From positions 124,001 through 188,000 of the forward strand of contig NMRA01000269.1 in assembly GCA_002633005.1 (NCBI GenBank): a DNA stretch of 64,000 bases, read 5' to 3'. This document shows positions 36,156 through 47,054 of this stretch, piece after piece (position 1 is the stretch's first letter; every line of letters starts with the position of its first letter). The translations under genes and the position numbers were made by a program. Under the pieces are notes generated by a model that saw only the letters and a program-made list of their open reading frames with translations, ran no database searches and was not told where the DNA came from. The DNA comes from Phoronis australis (taxonomy: Eukaryota; Animalia; Phoronida).

Positions 36156-39100
36156 CAGGGTCGTAGGAAGCGGGGGAGGGCACGGGCCCCCCAATACTTT
36201 TCAAGCGTCAGGGTTAAACCGTGGCAACCGACATACATGTACACATGAGGCGGGGACAGTTGAGAAAAGAAAGACTGCTAAATGCGGAAATGAGAAAATT
36301 CAAGAGAACATATAGCAATTCTGTATCAGTGTATGATTTACCTTTGAGGTCCCTGGCCAGGACATAGTTTTTGGGAACTCCACTTTCGCAGCACAGGTAG
36401 TGCACGTAATGATTCATGCATGTATTTGGAAAAATCGAAAAAATCTGTAAAGCAAAGTTTTTGCGGAAGCATTTACTTGATTTTTGAATTCAAAAGTCAA
36501 AACTTTGCAACTGCAAAACCATATTTTTTCAGGGGCCTCTCTCTGGGAAGGGATAACGGAGACAACTGTCGCTTTTTCCTCGAATTGTATATCACTTGAT
36601 GACCAGACGGATATCATTAATTGCTGCACATTTTCAGATTTTTCAAAATACAGATATTTTCATATTAAGAGGCTCCATCCTTGAAGGAGACCATTGATGA
36701 CATTCGAGTGGTCACCCTTTTAAGGTTTTTATTGACAAATTCTTTAGGGTCCGCTTGCTGATAGAGGGTTCATAGTAGGAATGGGTTACGTCTAGTTTCC
36801 TGTTCTTGTGAAATCGTGCAACCTACTTTCATGTTGAACAAGGTCACCTCCAGCACCGTCTTGTGACCACACGACGTTGGAAGGAACTGACACTTTTTTC
36901 CAAGCTTAATGATGTTTAGCCTTTCATAATTAAGGTGTCTCCTTTCAGACGGGGCCCTCTCTCGGTGGACCAGTTCATGGAAATATACTTTTGTCCCTCT
37001 GTACTTGTAAATCCGACACAGCCAAGTATTATCGAGGGAAGTTGAGATTCCAAATTCACCAAAAACAAAAAAAAAACAGCACAGCAGTATAAAGAGATTC
37101 GACCCAAACAACCAAAAAATGTAAAAAATACAATAAGATTGACCGCCATCGAAAGAGTGGAATTTTGTACGTGAAGTCAACTATTTGTAAATTACACGAA
37201 TGGTCTATTTCCGAGGGTTACTTATCAAATAATGTTATTGTTACCCATAGTATCACAAGAATAGCATCTCTTTTGAAAATGGTTACGATGAGTTGTTTGT
37301 AAGGAATTCCCACATGTGGAAAACACAGTTTTCGAGGCTACCATTGGGGTGACCGTGTACATGTCGAACGAGTGTACTCAAATACTCTCAATAATAAACA
37401 AATATTTCAGCGTTTTTTTGAGGTCAAGTTAAAACTCGTGAACCGTTATACGTTCTTCGGAAATGAGCAAAAATACACCTTACTATGAGTCTCCCATTTT
37501 CCCCAGCTAAAAATTTGCGAGTATGGCTGCAGAAATTGCTTATAACATTCCGTTTTGATCAACAAATGTGTTGGTTTCTAATTTACATGTTTATGTGTCT
37601 ACGAAAGCCGTCAGGTTAATTAAATGATTTTGGCAATTAGAAGCTAATCTTTTAAGGAAGGATGACGATTCAGGGAATTTAGTTGAAGCCTGAATATGGA
37701 AAACTCTATAATCAGATCCCCGAATAGGAAAGTGCACTTGGACTCTTTTTGCCTATCTAAAATAACTCTCAAAAACTTTCCGAAATTTGTACACTTCCCA
37801 AAAATTTACTCCCAATTCAAATGACAATAAATACAAATACATTGCTCTTTGACTTTGCTACAAGATTTATTGTTTAAACTCACGAACAGGGGATCAAAAA
37901 GGAATTAAGTCATTAAATCAAGGTAAACGCATTGCTCATGGAATTGATTGTTGGTGTCTGATTTACATCTTTATGTATCTACGAAAATGGACTTATTGAG
38001 ATATGATTTTTTGACAATTAGAAGCTAATCTTGTAAGAAATGACAATGCTTCAGTGAACGTAGTTGCAAGCCGACATTGGGAAAATTTGATCTATTACCA
38101 GATCCCCAAATATAAAAGTACGCTAATTTGTTTTTGTCTATCTGAAATCTGTCTCAAGGAAATTGACGAATTTCGGAGAGCTCTACAGAGTTGTCCAAAA
38201 TGCTATCACAATTCAAATGACAATAAATTGTTTATTGGCTTAGGAACTACATTACTTGGTTTAAGTTTACAAACCGTAGATCGAAAACGATGTTTAAGTA
38301 CTTAAATCAATGAAACCGAACTCATTGGTCATCAACTTGGAAAGGTTCTCTTTGCACTTCCTTGACCTTTTTAGTTTCCAGTAGTATTGCGCAATGGATT
38401 TTTGTTCAAAACTGAATCGTTTGCTTGCATTTCCCGTGCGTACTACACACACGGCATGCGCGCACCCAGTCTAATATTTTTGAGGATGTGAACCTTTTAC
38501 GAAAGAAAAAAATACGGAATACGGGGTTCGTTGGGGGCTATGAATTGTGCATATGCCAAATTCCTGCCTTTTTAGTGGACTTTTAGTGTGTCGCGTTTCA
38601 CGGACATTTTGTTTATTTGAGGCGGACCTTTTTGCCCAAACGGGGGTTCTTTTGAGCCCCCTTGGGTGCGCGCATGCACGGAGCGCGTCATGATTGGCAC
38701 ACCCACTGTAAAAATAAGGTGGAACCATGCAGTAGGCCTGCGTAGAATCTCAGTTACCCACGTGAGCTGAATTTGAACTCCAGACGTTGAGGAGTGTACA
38801 TTTTTGGGACACACTCTATATCATTTCCCCCAGCAACCAGAAACTAGATTACCGGCTGTGTTTCATTTAGGGATTCTGAAACGTCCACAAAGGCACTCAT
38901 ACGTCGGGACCTCACCTTTACAAAAAATTACTAAAAGATATAAAGTTTTCCCGAAACTGGATCATAATAAAACAAACATTGATCTTCGACCCAGAGCAGA
39001 GGAATATGTAAGAATACACTGTTGGAACCCACCTATAGCTACTTTCGGCAGGTTCCAGCTGCTCGTCAGTGCGCTGGACCTAGACCCAATCTTACTCTTC

Positions 39101-39257
39101 GTGAAACTTTGGTGGTGGATATGCAGGAGGGGATTTGGTACAGCTATGGTGACACCCAGAGAACGGGGGGGAGGGGGACTGGCGATACCAAGGGAGTAGG
39201 TTAACGATGTCAAATTGGTTTGTGCCCCTCAATAATTTTCTCCTTCCTACGGGCCTG
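36156..39257. mobile_element. 3.1-kb non-autonomous DNA transposon with CAGG..CGTAGGAAG TIRs and 5-bp TSD (paralog 59115-63058)
   Basis: cagggtcgtaggaag / cttcctacgggcctg; TSD ctata/ctaca here and ctaca/ctaca in the paralog. Confidence 0.75.
38455..38676. mobile_element. CATGCGCGCACCCA MITE (also 57448-57602 and 62290-62509)
   Basis: Perfect 14-bp TIR; TSD cacgg/cacgg. Confidence 0.8.
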
Positions 39258-39571
39258 CTACAGCATATTTGTGGGTTTGTGAGAACACTCAATGTCCTCT
39301 TAAGCTCTTTGAGTCTCATTACTAAGTCAATTTTTGTCTTTGATACAATATCGAAAGTAAATTCTACGTTTAATTCCCAATATTATTTAAAATAAGTAGG
39401 GATCTTTTCATGCAACGCCCCTAATTTATGGACTAAGTCCCTAATTATTTTAACTGAATTAAGGGCTCAGTTTTCTGTTATATTATTAGGAAATGTCATT
39501 AACGAAATAACAGCTCACAATCAAGATAAATGACAGAAAAAATACTATGCCTGTGAGTGTAGCGCAAAACN

Positions 39572-39929
39572 AGGTCTCTGAACCATCTAGAAAGATTACC
39601 GTGTCGTCTTCATATTGCATTAATTTATACTCTAAAGAGCCTACTTTTATGCCTTTAACATTCTCGCATTGCCTCAACTTAGATGCCATAATTTCGGCAC
39701 ACAAAAAGATGAGGTGAAAGGGGATCCCCTGGTCTGCAACCTCGGCAAATGTTAAATTGCTTAGACCTAAAGCCATACTGAATGACCAAAAGTTGGACAC
39801 TTTCATTGAGTATTGTGAACCAACGGATATCATCAAAATTGAAAGGGTGTAGAACCTTCTTAAGAAATCCCCAGGACATAGAATCAATGGCTTTTTCAAA
39901 ATCAATTAATACCAGAAGTCCGGGAATAC
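39572..39929 (-). mobile_element. L1/Tx1-type LINE reverse-transcriptase fragment (5'-truncated end)
   Basis: DFEKAIDSMSWGFL, RGCRPGDPLSPHLF, LMQYEDDT (YADD box); frameshifted. Confidence 0.88.
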
Positions 39930-39994
39930 AGATGTAGGGAACTTAGTTGAGTCCCTATTTGGGACAGTTTCATGCAGCCGAGCACTGATTACAC

Positions 39995-40246
39995 TCCATG
40001 ATAAAACGACTGACCTAAAGGAATAAAACTCAGCTGTAATCCTCAACAGTCCTCAAATCCTTGGGACAAGATTGAAATGTTACTTGCAAAGTTAGCGTGT
40101 GGGACGTAGCACTTAGGGGCATTTGCCTGGCACGTAGTGTGATGGACCTGGCAGTTATCGTGACCGACTTGGCAGTTGGCGTGACAGACTAATGTCCGTT
40201 AGCGTGATCGACCTGGCAGTTGCTGTATTTAAAGTTAGAGTAAAGT
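39995..40246 (+). repeat. copy of filamin intron 12 with a shorter 21-bp minisatellite
   Basis: Matches 11093-11457. Confidence 0.8.
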
Positions 40247-43101
40247 TAGCCAGCCAGCTAGCTGTGTGAGGAATATCGTCAAAACACAGCTAAGTACCAC
40301 TGTCTGTTCAGTGCCGATAGACCTCAAAATTGCACACAGCCAGTGTAGTTCTGCTCGTCACCTCGCCATGAAACTTGCATTAGCATGTAGAGCTAAAGAC
40401 CGGACGGGGTGCATGCAAAATCTGGGAGTCAACCGACACTCACCTTTCCTGTTACAACTGTTTAAGTGCTATAAACGTCATTTTCTTGCGTAATTCTCCA
40501 CCTTTTGTAACAATGAAAAATATGTCGTCGTATTGAAAATGGTACACTGGTGACATGCTCACGCGCCAATTCCTAAAATTTTGTTACATCTCTCGGCAGA
40601 TGATGACAGCTTTGCAGCAGCAAAACTTGTTCTGAAATTCGATTTGATGGTATCAAAACTCTAAAAACTTAAAGTCCTTCTCTCAAACTGCCCATGTGGT
40701 TCCAGTTTCCGAAAATACTTACTATATAAAATCTTATTTTCGACACCCTTTCTTTATATTCTTTTCGCCTTTCTTGCCAAAAGCGATTTTTAACAGTATT
40801 TGACCCTTCTCTCTGAGCGTATGATTACCGGTTGTCATCGGTTATTTCCGTACCCACATTTCCGGCTCATCAGTTCAGGAACTTGTCCTGAACGCCGCCA
40901 TTTTTTCCTTGTAACTGAATGTGCTATGGCTTGCTCGAAAAGTCTTCATTATTTTGTTTTATTAGTAATATATAGTGATTCTTTTGCATATGTAATGTAT
41001 TTATAGTTTGTAGTTAGTGGTCGTTGATTTTTTTTGGAATGTTACGCGTACTTAGTATGTTAAAATAGTATTGGTGTTTAGTTCCTTACGTAGGCCGGTC
41101 GAATCTAGGAACCAATATGGGTCGAAGCAATTTTTTCGGTTTTATTTTTTTCCTCGTTTTGAAAAAGTACTTTGCTATCATCGGAAAGGTAATACATTCT
41201 ACTCCGTAAAAATCGAAAAAGTATCAAAATCGGAGCAAGCACTGTAAAGTTATTGCAAGTTTTCTGGCGAAATTTGGGTCACTTTGTTTGGATCGCGTCG
41301 GCCATATTGGAGGACAGCGGGATAAGTTACGAGTTTAAAACTTTGTGTAAATTGTTTTCGCCAACAAATTACGGTGAAATTTAGTTACTTACTACTCTGC
41401 ACGATTTAACGGTGTTCACCAAGTTTCAGTCTCGCAGTTGTTACTCATTATGTGATAAATGTGCTCGCAATTCCCGTTGGACTTCGTCTCATTTCTGGCG
41501 GCCCCAACATGGCGACTTTTGCTGAACTGAAAGGCATGTTCAATCGGCTACTTTGTTATTTGTGAAAATTTAACGTTGATACATTTTGACAAACGTTGCT
41601 ACAAAAAAGAAACTTTGTTCAATTTTCGTGTTTTTTGTGCAAAAATATAAGATATATTCGAATTATTTCAGGTTATCAAGTCAACAATATGAATAATCTT
41701 AATTTGAGAAATAAGCTATGTTGGATTGTGAAGCTTCAAGCCTCTAATTACTTGCAACTTCATTTTTTTAAATGATGCTTGTCAAATTCTGGTGTAAGGA
41801 AACACTATTCCGTCACCATGGTAATAGTTACATATATGTCCACTTTCATATCATGGAAACTGTTGCTGTTTGAATAGGGTTTGTAATGCTAAATGTTGTA
41901 AAGTATTGTGCATTTTAAGTTACTTATTATGTTGGGTTAATGAATAAAAATTGATAACATGTTGTATTGGACTTGTCATACTTAAAGATAGTAAAAGATA
42001 GACATTCCCAAAAATTCCAGCCCCCCATTCTTTTAGGCTTGTTGCGCTCATACAGAGTCTGGGAAAATCTCTATTGAAAGCCAACAACTTTGCACAGTTC
42101 GCCAGAAGTACCCAAGTTCTAAATAAACCTCGTGTGAACGAGCGCTGTGGCCAGCGACCAGTTAGGCCTAAGGGTAGGCTTGGCGCAAAGCTGTATAGGC
42201 CTACTAACAAGCTGTATTTTGACGGTAGTCTTCACTGGTAGCTGGTGACTGAGGCTAACTAAGGTCTGCCGCGGCAGTGTGACAAAGGACTAGCCAGCTC
42301 GTAATTTCATGCAAGTGTCTGAAACTACCCTTGAATATATGCAGCATTTATGATTTGACCATTCTATTTCGACAAAACAGCTTGCAACCGCATGCATTTA
42401 CCGTTCGCCAGTGTCTGGTCTCGATCCGCACCGGGTCCGATAAGCTGCGGTCCCGAGTCTGGCAAAATAATTTCTGTCAAAGTTTATTCGCCACATTTCT
42501 TCAGCAAATTCCATGAAATTGTCCGTAGTTTGATTTTATCAAAACTATGGCGCGCTGTCAATTATTTTATCCCCGTTTGCTGGCTGGTAACAGTACAGGC
42601 ACTGCTCCAGTCGCACTGACGGCGTTTTCTCGGCCTTGGTTCCTGAATGAATTGTACTTCCGGGTTCGCGGTAAGTTCAAAATGGCGCGTTCATTTAAAC
42701 TTTTTTCGAGTACGGATCGTGTATTAGTTATGGGGTAGGTACTTCTTGGATCTTTATAACATCTTCAAACCATGTAATAAGGGTTAACAACGCGTGAGAG
42801 AAGGACTTTAAAATAAAGTAAAACCAGTTCCAATAATTTGTTGTGGCGTGTATGCAACCATTTGAAAGAACAACTGATTGAAGAATCGGCGAAAAAAGAA
42901 ACTGACCAATAGGTGACGCAATATTTCATGGCGCTGAAAGCCAATGCAGCTCGCTCCACAATTTTAGCAGCAGAATAAGGGTAGAACACCAATTTTTCCA
43001 ACATCGTTAAATAATTTAGATTACTCATGGAAGAGTATAGTTTTTGATGATACTTATTTTGTGTCAGATTTTATCCGGTCATTTTTTTACCTGCAAGGCT
43101 A
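40247..43101. mobile_element. 2.85-kb insertion with TAGCC...GGCTA ends and ~9-bp TSD (Mutator-like?)
   Basis: Empty site gggtaaagt at 11449-11457; here gagtaaagt on the left and tggtaaagt on the right. Confidence 0.6.
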
Positions 43102-43457
43102 TGGTAAAGTCTGACACGCAGTCTAATCACAGGGCACACTTTGCGGCAAATTAAGAACTTCTTGGAGCTGAATACTGAAATGATTTTAGCTCACAATTGA
43201 AGGTGCTAATATTGAATAACAGGCAAAATAAATTCTGTGTGAAATAGCCAAAACAGCTTTTTAGTATCCTTGTAATTTTAATTTGGACTGGTAATCTCAA
43301 TAGTTTCAACTCTAGCTTTTCAATTAGATTGTGTACCAATATTTCATTGCTTAATATTTTGTTGCTTCTCAACATAAATTTGAATGTAGACTTTGTTTTG
43401 TTTGTGAGCAGAGCTAATCCTGTATCTAGGTATCATCGTTTATTTTTCTCCTCACAG

Positions 43458-43643
43458 GTGAGTATCGTATCAGTGTGTTGAAGCGTGGACGTCCCATCAA
43501 TGGCTCTCCATTTCTGTTTTATTGCCATGCTGTGAAACCAGCCGTGGATCACACTAAGGTCATTCTGACTGGCAAGGGATTGGTGGAGGCTAAGGTCAAT
43601 GAAGAGGCAGAGTTCACCATCGACGGGTCACAGGGAGGAGAAG
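43458..43643 (+). pseudogene. duplicate filamin exon E13' (copy A)
   Basis: 186 nt, open frame, splice sites intact. Confidence 0.92.
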
Positions 43644-44259
43644 GTGAAGAATTTTACATTGGTTTATACAGTTTGTAGACCACTTGCAGGTCTCCAAACT
43701 TTGCAGAAAAGTTGGACAAATTTGACATTTGCTGCTGTACCTCACATAAAGTCTACAACCCTGCACCTGGAAAACGAGCAATACTCAATATGCCTGCTTT
43801 CAACTACCAAGTTAGCACCACGACTGCAAGAGAAATAGGACATAAATCCAACTTGTTTCATATCTCGCACAAACTATAATTTGTTTGTGATTGACTTAGT
43901 GTTTGGAGAACATAACACTTTCCAGTGGGGTGTCAGTTATTAACAACCTGAAGAAATCACATTTACTATAAACATATACATAGATTAATTCTGTGAACAG
44001 CCACCATCAATGTGTTTGATGTATTTCATTTTTTGTTACTTTTTATGTTATTCAAAACAATGACATGTCAATGGGTGTTGTAAAGAAGTGGATGATGATC
44101 CCTAATCCTGATCTCTAGTCCTTGAATTCTTACTATATCTAACCAAAATTATCACCTGTCAATCATAAAATAGTCCCTTGAAATTTTATCATCCTAAATA
44201 TATTCTGTCAAGAGTTCGTAGTTCTTGCAATTACAGTTGCTTTTTCCGATTGTTTTCAG

Positions 44260-44364
44260 GTACTCCATTTGTTGTGATTAATGGTGTGAAGAAAGACATT
44301 CCAGTGTTCACCGATGTTCTTGGTGGAGACCGATACAGGGTGCGATACACACCGGAAATCCCAG
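44260..44364 (+). pseudogene. duplicate filamin exon E14' (identical to E14)
   Basis: 105/105 identity by eye. Confidence 0.92.
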
Positions 44365-45525
44365 GTAAGTTAGCGTCTTTATGTCATATGCATGATAAAG
44401 TAAGCTGGTCCCACCATGTTCTCACTAGACAGCTTTCTCTATAGAGATTTCCAGTAAAAGGTAACATAAAATGTTACTAACTTCAACAGTCCTTGAATTC
44501 TACTACGAGATCCGTACGTGCAGCTTTACGAGGACGGCTTACTTTAATGACACCTATTATCAACTATGACCTGACGAATGTGAAGTCAGCGGTGTTATTA
44601 CTGCCTCTTTATTTCGAGACTTAGGCTTAACATTTAAGTTAAATGAACAGTAGCATTGTTGCTACCCAAGAAATAGATTTGATTGAATTCACGAATTAAG
44701 CTGATCACCATGCCAAACTCTGAAGATGATGAAGGATCATCATTACTCTCAGGCGCTTTCGTGAACTAGCTGCCAGGCATACATCCGGAGTCTGCAGCTG
44801 TTTCTGCTAAAGCCCTTGAAGGATCATTGTAAAATTTGACAAGTGTACTCCTATGAATGCAACATTAGGTAACGATGACTTTCAAATGGATCTGACTAGA
44901 GCTATGCCTCCTAGTGGCAATTTTCTTCTACATTTGCATGTGTATTTTTGAATTGTTCCTTGACGGATTCTTAAAGCCATGATTCGACACTAACACATTT
45001 TGGTAAGGATCCAACCCATTCTGCACCACCTAGTGACCATGTTTTCTGTTTTTGGCATCTGCCTCTATCTGTCAAATTGCTCAAAGAATTAATATGAAAA
45101 ATGACTGATTGATTTTTTTCTACAAAGGGAATTTTTTTCTACAAAGAAGGGAATTTTTGACGTTAACTTTTTCGTCAGCTCCAACTGCTTTGACCCCCCT
45201 TAGTGGGTATCCACCGCAGTATTTCCTAAACCACCGGTAGGATCTTTGCGTTAAATTTAGGTAGTGTATTCAGATGAACATGGCAAAAGATGACACCAAG
45301 TTGGATGGGTTCAACTACAGTTATGCTCCCTGAAGGCAATTTTTTCGTTTTTCAGAATGCTGTGATGGATGTTCATGAAATTTCTCAAATAAATTAAGAC
45401 ACAATTCCCTTGACAGGACTCTGATTTAATCACAGTGATATCAATTGTTATCTAATCTCCTTTATTCAGTGACAAACATCTGCCACTATGTTTACTCAGC
45501 GTTCATTTATTCCATTCCACATCAG

Positions 45526-45756
45526 GAGCCTACCTTGTACACATCCAGTGGTCGGACAGAGTAGTCAAGGAGTCACCGTTTAAGGTCAATGTCATAGCCA
45601 TGAGTGACGCTTTTAAAGTCTTGTAACTGTACATGTAACATGTGCTGGCAATTTATTTGACAAATTGACATTGTGGGGTCCTAGACATTCCCTTTACTCA
45701 GTTGAATACTGCTTTTGTAGAGTTGTTCTAAAGATAGACGCACGTGCAAGGAGGGT
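45526..45756 (+). pseudogene. truncated E15' fused to a filamin 3' UTR copy; new in-frame TAA at 45624-45626
   Basis: Matches 13448-13546, then 16441-16573. Confidence 0.88.
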
Positions 45757-46181
45757 GGTCTCAATTGACACCAATTTTACATTTTATATTCAGTAGCCTT
45801 TTGGCCCATTTCACAAATGAAACGTATTACAAAACCTAGTGTGACCCTTGAATAACGAGCTGTGTATACTGTGTATACCCTGTATCGGTATTTTTGACAC
45901 AAGATTTTTTCTTGCTCGTGTATCATTATATCATAATAAAGCAATTGAAATTGTTGGATTTAGTTAGCGAATGCTGTTATGCTAATAGACTTCAGTTGTT
46001 GCTTAAAAGCCTTCCTGACGAAAGTTATTTAGAAGTGTAGGGACACTTATCAGCCATACTCGAGATGTAGTCCTTGCACAGACCAGGTAACATTTTGTGC
46101 CACCACATTCAAGTGATAACTGGAAAAGCACTAGGGGCAATCTCTTAGTAACGGTGATTTCATATATGTGTTTTTTTCCAG

Positions 46182-46325
46182 GGCGTCACACTATTGACAT
46201 CTATTACAACGGTCAAAGAATTGGCGGTAGCCCATACTTTGTTGACGTGTTTGATCCTCAGGGTGTCCTAGTGGATCAGGAGTACTCCACGCAGGCATTT
46301 GTCAACAAGGAAACTGGACTGAGAG
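46182..46325 (+). pseudogene. duplicate filamin exon E8' (copy B) within the intron7-intron8 copy 45756-47059
   Basis: 144 nt, open frame; 8 silent and 4 replacement codon differences versus E8. Confidence 0.92.
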
Positions 46326-46800
46326 GTAGGGAATTGGCAGTGCTTGGTCGAGCTGGTTTTTGAACTTGGCGCAGTTGCTTTGTTCGTGTACTTTTCTAAT
46401 AAGGAGTCTTAATTCCTTGTCGTGAAAATATCGAATGAGGTCAACATCATTTCCAGGCATGGCTTGATATCGAGATAGTAGGATAGAGGGAGCCTCTGGG
46501 CAATGGAGCTTCACATGTTGTGCAAAACAAATCAAAATTAATGTATTACAATGTATTTATCAATATCAGTTTTTATGATTGTCCGTCACTAGGGGTTATC
46601 TTTTAAGGAATTTCTGCACATATCCATACTGCGAGTTTGCTTCTGTCAAAGTTGATCATAGTGCAGTTTCCCTCAAAGTTTATATAGTACAAATACATAT
46701 AGGTATATACATGTATGTAGTTGACAGAGCTACTGATATAGTCAGTCGTGATAATACACCACCTTCTCTTTTTCCCCCTCTTATTCCCTGGGCACAACAG

Positions 46801-46854
46801 GTATCGAGGAAGCAATTGCAGAAATTGACAGGGTCGACGACTCAACATCAGGAG
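46801..46854 (+). pseudogene. duplicate of the 54-nt cassette exon
   Basis: caacag| ... g|gtagat; GIEEAIAEIDRVDDSTSG. Confidence 0.6.
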
Positions 46855-47054
46855 GTAGATGTTGTGTAGTGGAGTTTTTCTTCAAGCGATTCACAAAATG
46901 GCAGTTTGAGAATTGTATAGTATTTGACTCTGATTTGAATTGCACAGCTTGTACCTTAGAATGATTTTCTGCTTTTAAGCTATCCTCGAAGGCTCATTTC
47001 GGTCTAGTCCTCTAATTCCTTTGTGTAGAACTACACCTCGCTTTCCCAGCCTTC

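Noticed and set aside
36340-37180. Short ORFs inside the 5-bp-TSD element as transposase
   Set aside because: No recognisable catalytic or DNA-binding motif
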